DNA of 51,791 bases from a virus (lineage: Duplodnaviria; Caudoviricetes): positions 1-51,791 of the IMG/VR virus record IMGVR_UViG_3300023218_000017, one strand, 5' to 3'. The notes beneath the pieces are model-generated. The model searched no databases. It was not told where the DNA came from and was given only the letters and a program-made list of their open reading frames with translations. A program made the position numbers and the translations under genes. Numbering within the stretch: position 1 is the stretch's first letter; each line of letters begins with the position of its first letter. Positions 6,858-17,700 of the stretch are shown here, one piece after another.

Positions 6858-7713
6858 GTGGATACGAGTCTTTTTGCGCGAACAAGCCGGCGACGGCGCT
6901 GACGGCGGAGGCGGTGATGGCGGACCTAATGACGGCGCTGACGGTTCCGACGGCGGCGATGGCGGCGGCGATGGCGGAGCCAACCCCTGGTATGTCGACG
7001 CCGGATTCTCCGAAGACGTGGTGAATACGGATGGGATGTCCGATTACCTCAGCCGATTCAAGAGCGCCGAAGAAGCGGTGAAAAGCGGCTATGAAGCCCG
7101 CAAGAAGCTCGGCAACGCGACCGAGGGCATGGTCAAAGTGCCCGGCGAAGATGCGAGCGAAGAAGAAAAGGCCGCGTTCCGCGAAGCTGTCGGCGTCCCG
7201 GAAAGTCCGGACAAATATTCCTGGAAGCCTCCGGAAGGCATGGAGGTCGATCAAGAAATCTTTCAGGATCGTCTCGGTAAGCTGCATGAGGCCGGACTGA
7301 GCGATGCTCAGGTCTCGCAGGCGATGGACCTGTATGCGGAGGAAATCACCCGCATGAACGAGGATTTTCAAAACCACCAGGCCGAGATCGCCAAGGAGAC
7401 GGAGGATTCGCTCCGGAAAGAATGGGGCGAGAAGTATGATGACAACATCAAGGAAGCCCGGGCCGTCGCCGAGAAATACGGCGTGATCGAAGCGATGAAG
7501 GAGACCGGGATGATCAACCAGCTCGGGGTCATCAAGATGCTGCACGAAGTGTCCCGGTCGACGCGAGAGGACGGGATCGACAGCGGAGGCGGAAACATGA
7601 GCGCTTCGGACGAACTTGCGTCGCTGAAGGAAAACCCCGCATGGACGGACAAGACGCATCCTGAGCACCGGAAGTTGGTCGAACGGGCCGTCGAGCTACG
7701 CAAGCGACTTTGA
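6847..7713 (+). CDS. Capsid scaffolding/assembly protein
   Basis: Acidic Gly/Asp-rich N-terminus; G.PESPDKY, LRKEWG..YD and DKTHPEH motifs; lies between portal and capsid. Confidence 0.8.
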   Translation: MKNKWIRVFLREQAGDGADGGGGDGGPNDGADGSDGGDGGGDGGANPWYVDAGFSEDVVNTDGMSDYLSRFKSAEEAVKSGYEARKKLGNATEGMVKVPGEDASEEEKAAFREAVGVPESPDKYSWKPPEGMEVDQEIFQDRLGKLHEAGLSDAQVSQAMDLYAEEITRMNEDFQNHQAEIAKETEDSLRKEWGEKYDDNIKEARAVAEKYGVIEAMKETGMINQLGVIKMLHEVSRSTREDGIDSGGGNMSASDELASLKENPAWTDKTHPEHRKLVERAVELRKRL

Positions 7714-7743
7714 GACTTTTCCACCGGTTCCACGGGTTCACGT

Positions 7744-7781
7744 AAGCGCCCCTGTCACTTCCAGGCAGGGGCGCTTTTTTT
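7744..7781 (+). terminator. Intrinsic terminator
   Basis: aagcgcccctg...caggggcgctt stem followed by a T tract. Confidence 0.85.
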
Positions 7782-7784
7782 GGG

Positions 7785-7795
7785 CGGCATATATA
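7785..7795 (+). promoter_or_regulatory. Candidate late promoter CGGCATATATA, copy 2
   Basis: Immediately after the terminator and upstream of the major capsid gene. Confidence 0.7.
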
Positions 7796-7938
7796 CCCGC
7801 AGAGAGGACAACCGGATTATCTCCGCCCCGCTCGACCAAAGGGTGGCGACCTACGCAAGGCGAGCCCCGCGAAATGCGGACAACCGAGCCGGATGATTCA
7901 ACCCACGTTTCAATCCACAACAAAAGGAGATATTTACC

Positions 7939-8895
7939 ATGCCGAATCCGGACATGACCCACTATTACCAGCAGTTCTGTGACAACGTCAATGATCTGGC
8001 TGGTGCCCCCAACCGCTCCGTCCTCCGGGAACTTTGCGAGCGCGACAACAAGCAAGGTTCCGTCGTCTATCTCGATTCCGCAGGCGCGGGCGAGGATCTG
8101 ACGATTCAGGACCTCAAAGCCGACAAGAAGACTCGCAAGACGTATGAGGCGGAAGCCACGAAGACGCTTGAGAAGTTCAATCAAATCTTCACGCCGCACA
8201 ACGACATCAACCGCCAGCGGACGCTCGCGCAGCCCAAGCTCATCGAGTGGGGCCACAGCTTCGACCGCAGCGAGAAAATCCTAGAGATCGTCGATCCGCA
8301 AAATAAGACCGTACGCAACGGAATGCGCGGAATCTTCAAGCAGCAGGACCAGCTGGTTTTGAACGGGATTTCCGCCTCCTCGGTCACTCGCGTGGACGGC
8401 GACACTTCGGAAATCACTCCGCAGACGGACAACATGCCCGCAGGGCAGGTTATCGACTCGGCTCAAAACGACTACATGGGCCGCAAGGACATGACTCATA
8501 TCGTGAAGCTGTTCGAGGACCAGTATGTCACCGATCAGATCTTCTGCCTCATCTCGCCCACGGCGAAGCGCGGCATCATCGACAACGATGACAAGATCAC
8601 CGATGCGGACTTCCTCGCCCACAGACAGGCGTTCGATGAGGAAGGCAAATTTGTCCCGGGCAAATTCCCGGACATTTACGGCATCAGCTTCATCGTTCAT
8701 CCGTTGGTTCCGGCCGACAAGTTCTTCGCCTTCACTCGCGAAGCGCTTGTTCTCAATGAGTTCGAAGCGCTCAACTCTCACATGGACGAGGCGCCGACTC
8801 AGCGGTTCAGCTACATCGCATATATTTGCGAGAGTTGCGACTGCAAGCGGGTCGACGACCTGCAAGTGGTTCACGGCACGATCACCACGGCGTAA
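7939..8895 (+). CDS. Major capsid protein (BPP-1/T7-supergroup-like)
   Basis: 318 aa; strong AAGGAG RBS; QQFCDNV start and C-terminal KRVDD..VV; follows the scaffold and is followed by a terminator. Confidence 0.78.
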   Translation: MPNPDMTHYYQQFCDNVNDLAGAPNRSVLRELCERDNKQGSVVYLDSAGAGEDLTIQDLKADKKTRKTYEAEATKTLEKFNQIFTPHNDINRQRTLAQPKLIEWGHSFDRSEKILEIVDPQNKTVRNGMRGIFKQQDQLVLNGISASSVTRVDGDTSEITPQTDNMPAGQVIDSAQNDYMGRKDMTHIVKLFEDQYVTDQIFCLISPTAKRGIIDNDDKITDADFLAHRQAFDEEGKFVPGKFPDIYGISFIVHPLVPADKFFAFTREALVLNEFEALNSHMDEAPTQRFSYIAYICESCDCKRVDDLQVVHGTITTA

Positions 8896-8917
8896 ACCCT
8901 TTGGTTTATCGGTTCCA

Positions 8918-8958
8918 GGGGCGGGCGGCTAAGTTCGCCCGTCCCTTTTTTTTTCTTT
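8918..8958 (+). terminator. Intrinsic terminator after the capsid gene
   Basis: ggggcgggcg...cgcccgtccc stem plus a long T tract. Confidence 0.85.
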
Positions 8959-8994
8959 CACGATTTCTTGATGAACAATTTCCCACTTTTTTAG

Positions 8995-9630
8995 ATGCAA
9001 GGCAGAGCCGAAACCCTCATCGATGTGGCGAATCTTTCCCTGGGTTTGCTCGGGCAACCGCCCATCACGACGCTCACCCCTTCGGCGGACACGGCGGCCG
9101 GCCGCAAGCTGGCCGTTTTTCTTTATGTCGCGATCGACGAAGTGCAGCGGTCCTTTTACTGGCATGAGCTGATCGCCTCCGAAGCGATTGCCGCGGAAGC
9201 GACGGACCATTTCGACGGCCGTAAGCGCTACCCGCTCCCGGAAAACTGCCTCCGTCCTCTCGGGGTCCGGCTGGAAGGCGATGCGCCCCTGCCGGAAAGC
9301 GCCTACACGAAGATTGTCGCTCAAGATTCGGAGTATGATTACCAGGTCGAGGGCGACACGTTAATCAGTCACGCCACGGACGTGCATGTCGTTTACATCA
9401 AACGAAGCGACGATCCGACTGAATGGACGAGTGAACTGCTGGACTGTATCTACCACGCGGCGGCCGTAAAAGCGGCGCAGAATATCACGCAGGACCCCGG
9501 CATCGTGCGCAATGTCCTCGAAGCCTACGAGATCATGGTCAAACCGCACGCGCGCCGCCTGCAGAGCAAATACAAGACAACCCGAACTTTCCTGCCGCGC
9601 GGTTTCTCCGCATGGCGAACCCACCGGTAA
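8995..9630 (+). CDS. Tail tubular protein A / head-tail adaptor
   Basis: IDVANLSLGLLGQPPITTL, YPLPENCLR, YQVEGDTL motifs. Confidence 0.8.
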   Translation: MQGRAETLIDVANLSLGLLGQPPITTLTPSADTAAGRKLAVFLYVAIDEVQRSFYWHELIASEAIAAEATDHFDGRKRYPLPENCLRPLGVRLEGDAPLPESAYTKIVAQDSEYDYQVEGDTLISHATDVHVVYIKRSDDPTEWTSELLDCIYHAAAVKAAQNITQDPGIVRNVLEAYEIMVKPHARRLQSKYKTTRTFLPRGFSAWRTHR

Positions 9631-9634
9631 CGCG

Positions 9635-12469
9635 ATGGCAACCTCCCGGATCATACGTAAGAACTTCAATGGCGGCGAGATCGCGCCGGAGCTCCATTTT
9701 CGCAGCGACCTTGAGACCTATCACAATAGCTGTAAGTCGCTCAAGAACATGTTGGTGACGCCCTGGGGGGCCGTGACCCGGCGACCGCCCACGGAGCTGT
9801 TGGCACAAATCGATACGGACGTTTACGGGGTGCCGGTCAAGTATTTGCCCTTCCGCTTCTCACTGTCCGAAGTCTTCCATATCATCTTCACGGACGGCAG
9901 CGGATCGGCCGGCACGGATGCGACCACGGCGGATATTATCGTTTTCGACGCGGGGGGGGCATTGCAAACGCTGGACGGTGCAAGCACGAAGATCCTTGAT
10001 ACGGTTTATGATCCGGGCGACCTGCTGGCCCTGCACCATATTCAGGTCAACGATTTCATCTACATGACCTGCGGCGGGGATTATCCGGTGCAGACGCTGA
10101 ATCGGTTTTTTGATGATGCTCAGGCTGCTAATCGATGGAGAATCGACGAATGGAATCTGTTTGGAGGTCCTTTTGCTGAGGAGAATTTGAATGTCGATTA
10201 TTCTATTACTGCAGTTACTTCGAGCTTCTACTCAGGATCAACTACATACGCAAAAGGGGATGTTGTTTTAGAGCTTCAGCTTGCACAGACAATCATAGCT
10301 GCTGAATGGGTGCTGGCAGGTTCTATTCAAGCGTCTACCGGACACGGTCAGACAGCTTGGTTCAACCAGTATCAACTGGAGATTACAACCATCGGATCCA
10401 TGGCTCCGATTGAAGCGGGTGACTTGATCTGGATCATTGGAATGACTGGATCAGGCGGCACAACCAGTGCACGAACGGGAGAATTTCATACCGAAAGCGA
10501 TACGAACGGTGATCTTTTTGGAATGTATCGAGTTGAGGAGCGAAAAAGCGCGACCAACTTCGTCTTAAGCAAGACGATCTACAACTATAAGGGCGCCGAA
10601 ACGGATGCGGAGACTGAAACAAATCCAACACTCTCGATTGATTCAGCCGTTGCAATCGATTCCAAGAAGACCGAATTTCACACCTCACTTCAAGACGGCA
10701 ATACAGGCAACGATTTAACGAGTGAAAACTTTTGGAGGTCGGACGGAGTCTACACCAAAGAGCTTCTATTATACACTCCAGTTCCATTTCTTGATTCGAG
10801 TTACGAAGGTAAGATCATGAAGATGGTCATCGACCAGAAAGATGATCTCAAAGGATTCTGGACATCAAACCAAGAGAGCAAGCCAGTGAATGGTCAAGGA
10901 ACTGTGGAACTCATCACGGAAGGCTCTGCATGGAGTGGCCTGCTTGAACTCCGCGCCTCTTATGACGCGGGAGCAAACTGGGGGACGATTGGGTTTATCC
11001 GTTCGGATAACGGAGCCAGTAACGGTAGCATTGAGCGAGAAATCAGCAACCCCAATGCTATATTGAAAGTTGTTCTGACAAATTGGTCTTTCCCGACAGG
11101 AAACTACGAGACTGAGGGGTGCTCATGGCGCCTGATCTTTAAAAATGATGTATTTCAGCTTTTTGAAATCACCGATGTAATTTCCGGAACGAATGCTACA
11201 GCGCGGCCAATCACTCCTATCACAGGTGTTTATGCTACCCATCGCTGGGCTCTTGAGCAGTTTACCGATGAAGACGGCTATCCGAATACGCTTTCCATCC
11301 ACGATGAACGCATGGTGTTCGGCGGCACAAAGCGCAAGCCGAACACGGTATGGGCCAGCCGGGTGAACGACTGGAACAACTTTCTGGAGGGCGATACGGA
11401 GGTCAGCCCTTACACGTTCACCATTAAAAGCGACAGTTTCGACTCGATCCGCTGGATGCGCTCGGCCCGGCAACTGATGATCGGTACGGACAATAGCGAG
11501 TCCACGATGGGGACCCGGGACACCTCGCAAGTCATCAGCCCGACGAATATCGACGTGCGGACGCATACCTATTTCGGGAGCGCGAACCTTCAGGCGGTCG
11601 TCACGGCGGACCTTGTGTTCTTCGTGCAGGGGCAGGCCGAGCGGGTCCGGTCCAGCCAATACGATTTCGGGACGGATCAATACCTCTCCTCGGAAATGTC
11701 GATCCTGGCCCATCACATCACGAAGCCGGGCATTAAGGAGATGAGCTTTCGTCGCCACCCTTATAGCAACATTTTTTGTGTGAAGAACGACGGCACGGCG
11801 GTTTCGTTTACCTACGAGCGGGAAAACCGAGTGAAGGGTTGGAGCCGTATCGAGATCGGAGGTGCGACCATCGTGAGCGCGGCGGCAAATTACTCGGAGG
11901 CCGGAGATATTGTGGCCGGGGTTGTTAAGCGCGGCAGCGAATACTTCCTCGAGTTCTTCGGCAATACGGACGCGGATACGGTTTATCTGGACGGGCAAAA
12001 GCAGTTCGAGGGTGAAGATTATAGTGCGGGCGTTGCTGTGCCCTGGGCGGATGCTACGGGCTTGACCGTTGTTCGCGACGATGTGGAACTCGACCCGACC
12101 GAGTTCACGATGTCAGGGGGCACTCTGACGATTCCCGGGGCGACGGACGGCACGGTGACGGTCGGCTACAAATTCGCTTGGAATGTGGAGCCGACTGACT
12201 TGATTGCCCTCGGCGACTTCGGGGCGTTCAAGCGAATCTCGGCGCTTTCGCTGTATCTGTTGCAAAGCGGAGGCTGCGAGGTGGCGATCAACGGGGTCGA
12301 AAGCCCGTTTCAGGCAGCCCTCCAGCTTTCTCCGGCGGAACGGCTGCACGGAGAATATTCGTTAAGCGTCGACGGTGGCTCGGAGAGCTCGATTTCGATC
12401 CGCCTGTCCGGCGACGGGCACCGCCCTTTCAACCTGTCCGCCCTCGGCATACATGGAGGTGCGTCATGA
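9635..12469 (+). CDS. Tail tubular protein B / nozzle
   Basis: NFNGGEIAPEL..RSD...Y, PWGAVTRRP, GYP....HDERMVFGG, VWASR, YERENRVKGWSR motifs. Confidence 0.85.
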   Translation: MATSRIIRKNFNGGEIAPELHFRSDLETYHNSCKSLKNMLVTPWGAVTRRPPTELLAQIDTDVYGVPVKYLPFRFSLSEVFHIIFTDGSGSAGTDATTADIIVFDAGGALQTLDGASTKILDTVYDPGDLLALHHIQVNDFIYMTCGGDYPVQTLNRFFDDAQAANRWRIDEWNLFGGPFAEENLNVDYSITAVTSSFYSGSTTYAKGDVVLELQLAQTIIAAEWVLAGSIQASTGHGQTAWFNQYQLEITTIGSMAPIEAGDLIWIIGMTGSGGTTSARTGEFHTESDTNGDLFGMYRVEERKSATNFVLSKTIYNYKGAETDAETETNPTLSIDSAVAIDSKKTEFHTSLQDGNTGNDLTSENFWRSDGVYTKELLLYTPVPFLDSSYEGKIMKMVIDQKDDLKGFWTSNQESKPVNGQGTVELITEGSAWSGLLELRASYDAGANWGTIGFIRSDNGASNGSIEREISNPNAILKVVLTNWSFPTGNYETEGCSWRLIFKNDVFQLFEITDVISGTNATARPITPITGVYATHRWALEQFTDEDGYPNTLSIHDERMVFGGTKRKPNTVWASRVNDWNNFLEGDTEVSPYTFTIKSDSFDSIRWMRSARQLMIGTDNSESTMGTRDTSQVISPTNIDVRTHTYFGSANLQAVVTADLVFFVQGQAERVRSSQYDFGTDQYLSSEMSILAHHITKPGIKEMSFRRHPYSNIFCVKNDGTAVSFTYERENRVKGWSRIEIGGATIVSAAANYSEAGDIVAGVVKRGSEYFLEFFGNTDADTVYLDGQKQFEGEDYSAGVAVPWADATGLTVVRDDVELDPTEFTMSGGTLTIPGATDGTVTVGYKFAWNVEPTDLIALGDFGAFKRISALSLYLLQSGGCEVAINGVESPFQAALQLSPAERLHGEYSLSVDGGSESSISIRLSGDGHRPFNLSALGIHGGAS

Positions 12470-13029
12470 AACATCTTGCCTTTAATTTTTTCTTGATCCT
12501 TGCCTTCATCCCCGTGAAAAACGAAGAGGCGAGTCTGGCTTTCCTCCCCGTCTTGGCGGCGGCCTTCACTGCGGCGACCGGGTTATTCGGAGCGGTATCG
12601 TCTTACCGGGCCGGGCAACAGCAAGCGGACCTGGCCGAACAGCAGGCTGAAATCAACGCGGAGATGGCGCGGCGCGAAGCGGAAGCGGATGCCCGGGAGG
12701 AATCCGAAGAGATGCGCCGCCTGCGCGATCAACAGCGCCGCCGCCGGGCGCAAATCGAGGCGGCCTACGCGAAAAGCGGCGTGCTTCTCGAAGGCACCCC
12801 CGCCGAAATGTTGACCCGTCAGCGCGAGACGGACGAATTCAACGTGCAGTCCCGCCACTACGAAGGCAACGAACGCCGAAAAACCATGCTCTGGTCTGCG
12901 GACCAAGGGAAGCGGATGGGAGGGGCGCAAGCTTCGGCCATGCGCCGCCGGGCGAACAGCAGTTTCATTTCCGGGATCGGCAACACGGCTGCGTCCTCTT
13001 ACGGCAATTACAAAATGTGGAGCCAGTAA
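12466..13029 (+). CDS. Internal virion/ejection protein (gp14-like)
   Basis: Ala/Gly-rich N-terminus, coiled coil, AAYAKSGVLLEGTP motif; follows the nozzle. Confidence 0.7.
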   Translation: MKHLAFNFFLILAFIPVKNEEASLAFLPVLAAAFTAATGLFGAVSSYRAGQQQADLAEQQAEINAEMARREAEADAREESEEMRRLRDQQRRRRAQIEAAYAKSGVLLEGTPAEMLTRQRETDEFNVQSRHYEGNERRKTMLWSADQGKRMGGAQASAMRRRANSSFISGIGNTAASSYGNYKMWSQ

Positions 13030-13032
13030 ACC

Positions 13033-14766
13033 ATGCCAAGAATCCCATACGACCCCACGAAATACGGACCACGCGCCCAACGTCAGGGCCGCGTCGATGC
13101 CTCCGGCGCGATCCGCGCGATCGGTCAGGAGGCCGCGGCCAACCGTGAACTGGCCGGGGCGGCTCAGAATGCCGTCAACCTCGGCATGGCGCTCCGGCAA
13201 GACAAGATCGAGGAAGACACGTTTGCGGATCAGCAACGCTTTGAATCGGTGGCGACCGAGGCCGAACTCGACTTGAACAAGCGGCTTGAATCGATCCAGG
13301 TTGCCGACGGCGTGAACTACCGGGCGGAAGCGGAATCGGCCACCGAAAACTATCTCGGCCAGCTTCGCGATTGGGTGGATGCGGGCAACATTACGCACAA
13401 ACAGAAGGAAGACCTGTTTCGTCGGCGGATCGCGGAGATGGAGACGAAGCTCAAGGAGCGTGTCGGCGAGGGCGAAATGCAGTTTCAGCGGCAACGGAAT
13501 ATCGGCGCGGGCAAGCGCGGTATCGAGACGGGCATCCGGCTGAACGACCCGGAGGCCATCGAGCGCGGAGTGATGAGCCTGCACCTGGCGATGGCCCGGG
13601 GGTATGTCAGCGAGGACGAGGCGGACATGATGTATGAGAAGCACGTTCGCAGTGCGAAGGGCGAAGCCGATAAGCGGACGATGACTACCGCCGAGAATTT
13701 ACTGGCCGAAGGGGACGTGAAAGGGTTCCGCGAGAAAGTCGACGCCCTGGAACTGCCGACTCAGGACGAAAAGAAGAAGATCAAGCGGGAGCACCTTTCG
13801 AGCCACGCCTACAACTCCGCCGCGCTTGCCGTGCAGGAAGCGGAAGGACTGGAGGACCTGGACTCGGTCGAATCGATGATCGAAAACAGCAAGGATTTAA
13901 CGGCCGGCAATCGCCCCGTCCTGATGCGGTCGGTCAACGCCCAGAGACGACGTATCGAGCGGGCGCAAATCGCCAACGAGCGGGACCTTCTAAGCGCGTT
14001 TGCCGACGGCGAGGGTGATTGGTCGGAGTTTCAGCGCCGTGCCTCACTGGATACCGCTGAAGGGCTCACGGCGGACGCAGAGCAAGTGCTTCGACCTGTT
14101 CTTGAGTCTTTGGAAGACGAATATCAAGCCAGTCGTCAGTTGGAGCGTGACCAGGACAAGGTGGCTTATCGGTCGATGCTCGACACGCTGGCGGCGGAAC
14201 GCTTTGGCGAGACTTCGACGGGGAGGATCGACAAGAACACGCCGGAGGGCGAAGAGATCACGAAAAAACGCCGGGCGAAATACGATGAACTTTTGGAGCA
14301 AATTGACAATCTGGCAGTCGGCACTCGGGCGAAAGCTAAGCTTCTTGACGAATGGTTGCAGGTCCGGGCAACGGACTTGATCGAGCCGGGTAAGGAAGAC
14401 CCGTCTGCGGCGTGGTTCAATGCCCGCGAATTATCCTCCCCGGAAAAGCGCATTCGCGGGGAAGTCGTAAATTCATACCGGAGACTCTTGGAATCGGGCG
14501 ACGTGCCGGAAGGGTTTGGCCAAGCGGTAGAGGCCGATGACATGCGGATTGCAGAATTTTTCGAGCAGAACGAGAACCCGACCTTGGAGCAGTTAAAAAA
14601 GCTCCGTCAGGACGTTCTCGGGCCGCGTGAAGCGGAAACCAGACGGCGCAAGGCGCGGGGCGAGACTCGCGAAAACGGATTGCCCTTGCCCGGCGACGTG
14701 GTGGAAGGCTACCGCTACCGGGGCGGCGATCCGGCCAACCCCGAATCGTGGGAGGTGGCGGAATGA
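13033..14766 (+). CDS. Internal virion/ejection protein (gp15-like)
   Basis: MPRIPY start, helical composition, C-terminal GYRYRGGDPA.PESWE motif. Confidence 0.65.
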   Translation: MPRIPYDPTKYGPRAQRQGRVDASGAIRAIGQEAAANRELAGAAQNAVNLGMALRQDKIEEDTFADQQRFESVATEAELDLNKRLESIQVADGVNYRAEAESATENYLGQLRDWVDAGNITHKQKEDLFRRRIAEMETKLKERVGEGEMQFQRQRNIGAGKRGIETGIRLNDPEAIERGVMSLHLAMARGYVSEDEADMMYEKHVRSAKGEADKRTMTTAENLLAEGDVKGFREKVDALELPTQDEKKKIKREHLSSHAYNSAALAVQEAEGLEDLDSVESMIENSKDLTAGNRPVLMRSVNAQRRRIERAQIANERDLLSAFADGEGDWSEFQRRASLDTAEGLTADAEQVLRPVLESLEDEYQASRQLERDQDKVAYRSMLDTLAAERFGETSTGRIDKNTPEGEEITKKRRAKYDELLEQIDNLAVGTRAKAKLLDEWLQVRATDLIEPGKEDPSAAWFNARELSSPEKRIRGEVVNSYRRLLESGDVPEGFGQAVEADDMRIAEFFEQNENPTLEQLKKLRQDVLGPREAETRRRKARGETRENGLPLPGDVVEGYRYRGGDPANPESWEVAE

Positions 14767-17700
14767 AGCCCTGGGAGAGATACCAGAAATCCGAAAAGTC
14801 CGGTCCCTGGGAGCGGTTTCAGAAGGCGGACACGGCTACCGTGCTCGATACCAGGCCAAAACGCGGCGAAGAGGGCTTTCAGAATTACTGGGAGCCCGAA
14901 CAGGCTTCGGTGGCGGACTGGCTGGAACGTCAGCACGATCAGCCTTTCGAGGATGCCGTCAGAGACTACGAGAAAAAGGCGAAGGCATTCGGCCTATCCG
15001 GCGATCCGAAAAGCGATCTCGCGACGCTCAAGCACCGGGAGAGCACGCTGAAGGCCCGTCGCAAGTCTTCCCTCGGAGGAGCCGCGGGCGGACAAGGATG
15101 GTCGCCGCAATTGCGGAGCAATTTGAAAGCCGAGGGCCGGTCGATGGCTCGTTTCGGGGAGAACGTCGCCCGCAATACGCCTGCCGTCGTGTCGAAAGCC
15201 CTTTGGGATTCTCTGGCCGGCACGATTGACCTTGCCGCCTTCGCGGCGGATTTCGCGATGATGGGCGATCCCCGGGGCGCTCCTCCGCAGATGCGCCGTG
15301 CCGTCGAAACGCCGACGGAGTGGATGCGCGAGGTCGCCGATTTGACGGGAGAAGCCTACGGCGTGGACGAGGACTTCGAGTCCACCATCAGCGGGATGGT
15401 CATGGAGGGGGCGGGCACGGTCGCCACCGGTGTCGCCACGAGGGGGCGCTCGATCTGGGGGCAGATGTTCACCGAGGGGCTTCGCGACAGTGAGGCCGAA
15501 CGCGGGAAAAAATTCTCCGAATTCACCGACTCGGAAAAGGACTTGGCGCTGTTTAAAAGCATGGTCTATTCCGCGATTGGCGGGAAGTTCGAAAGGGCCG
15601 GCTTGGGGAAGATCGCCCCGAAGTGGTTCAAGTCCGATGCGGTGCTTCCGAAGTCCCGCGTTGCCCGGATGCTCCGGGCCGGAACCTACGAGTCAGGCAC
15701 GGAGGGCGCGCAAAACGTTTTGCTGAACATGATCGGCGCGGCGGTCGAAGGTGACCGCGAATTGCTGACCGGTCAGCGGTTCAAGGATCTGGCCATCGAC
15801 ATGGCGATGGGCTTCGCGCTTGGAACGAGTGCGAATGTCACCCTGGAAGCGGGCGCCGCGGCAGTCGAGCGGTTGGACCGGAAGGGTGAGATCGCCCGGA
15901 CCATCGACCGGCAAATGCCCTACCGGGAGGACGGAAGCTTCAACCCGGCTTATAAGCCAATGCCCCTGTTCAATGCGGACGGTTCCTGGAACATGCCCCT
16001 CGTCGATGCCGCCCGCGAGCTGGAGAAGGCGCGGGAGGAAGAGGAAGCGTTGACGGATACGGAAAGCGAGCAGGCTGAGACAGTTCGAGAGCGTGTCGCG
16101 AAGGCGGAGCAGACATTCGAAGGGCTGATGGCTGATGCGGAACCCCGCGACATGGGCGAGGCCGCATGGAATATCCGGCGCTACAATGCGAAGCTGGCTT
16201 CCGGCCTGAATCCGATGGAAGGGGCGACGCCCACCGATTGGAAATTCATCGACGAATACTACTCTGACGAGGAAGTCGGCGCGCATGTGGTGCAATCCAC
16301 CGGCTCCGAGGACTTGGTCCCGGTCGCGTTGCAGGCCAAGCACGGCGACGAGGAAGCGCAAATGGAGTTCGTAAACCGGACGCTGGTCCCGGCCGATTCG
16401 GAAATCATGGTCGAGGCCGGGGTGACCCCGGAAGAGGCGGAAGCGATGCGCGAGGTTGAAGTCCGGGAGTCGGAGGATTTTTACCGCGAGTTGTATCCGG
16501 AAATGTTCGAAGCCGAGACTCCGCAACAGGTGCGGGCCGAAGCCATGCGGGACATGATCGATTTCATCGGCACCCGGCAACTGGAGGGCTCCACCATCGA
16601 AGAGGTCGACGAGGTGCGAGGCTTCGATGCGGAGTTGAACGACCTGCGCGACCGGGGCATGACCGAGGCGGAAATCGAACGGTTCGCATTCAACCGGGTG
16701 CAGGCCGCGGGGCTCGACCCGACGGATCAGGCGAATCGGCCGGAGATGCTGGCCGTCTACGGCCGCAACGAAAGCGAGTACCGCCGGGGCGTCTGGCGGG
16801 ACGTATCGAAGCTCTACCGAGGTGCGGACCCGCTGACGGTCGTCGAGGAAACGACGGAGGGTTTTCTCAAGAGGATGATCGCCGAAGGAGAAATGACCTG
16901 GCAGGACGTGGCGGCATGGCGGGAGATGATGGGCGACCGGGGTGGCGAGACGGAAGCGGAGCTTACCGAGTGGGTCAGCGAACAAACGAAAGCCTGGATG
17001 GTCGGCAAGTCGGCTCTCCTGGAACGCGAGGGGAACATGCCGAATGCATTCCGCCGTTTTCTGGCCCAGATGTTCGAGCATTTCCGCCATGTCTTCCGCC
17101 GGGCCGCTCAACTGCGGGGCATGGATCGCCGGGGCGAGCTGGATGCGGACTTCAGGCACTTCCTCGACCGCGCGAACGGGATGGACGAGGCCTTTCTCCG
17201 GGAACGCTTGGAGCGAGAAGAATCCGCCGAGGCTGCCATTGCTGACCAGGGCCCGGAACTGATGGAAGCTCTCGGCGGCCTGAAGGGCATTCCCCGCCCG
17301 GACATGGAACCTGAATACAGGGGCGAACTGGAACTTGTCTTCGAGTCGTTCGGCAAGAACTGGAAGAGCTACCCGAAGGAAAAGCGGACGCTGGACGGGG
17401 TGGCCGAGGGGCTGCGCGAGAAGGGATTCAACACACCGGGGGCCGACGAAGTCGTCGAACTGCTGACCCGGGCGTCCCGGGGCGAGAAGATTTACGGCTC
17501 GGATGCTTTTGAAGGGCAGGCATCGTTTGCGATGGCTCCCATGGAGCAGGTGTTGGTCCGGGCTGATGAGTTGGTCCCCATCGTCAAAAGCACTGGAGGG
17601 CTGGTTGAGCCGAACAATTCCGGAAAAATCATTGGAGAATCGAAACGAGAGATTTTGGGCGATTATCCGAATTCGGATAGCGGGATTATTTGGAATGTTT

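Noticed and set aside
6886-6980. GGCGAC/GGCGGC-type tandem repeats
   Set aside because: Gly/Asp low-complexity coding sequence in the scaffold N-terminus; ordinary.
12445-12454. CGGCATACAT as a further late promoter
   Set aside because: Several mismatches in the AT core and it overlaps the RBS region; too weak to call.
15693-17159. Long antisense ORFs (15693-17159, 48332-49750, 37233-38432, 12583-13644, 28621-29754 and others)
   Set aside because: Shadow frames of GC-rich genes with recognisable products on the other strand; no motifs of their own.
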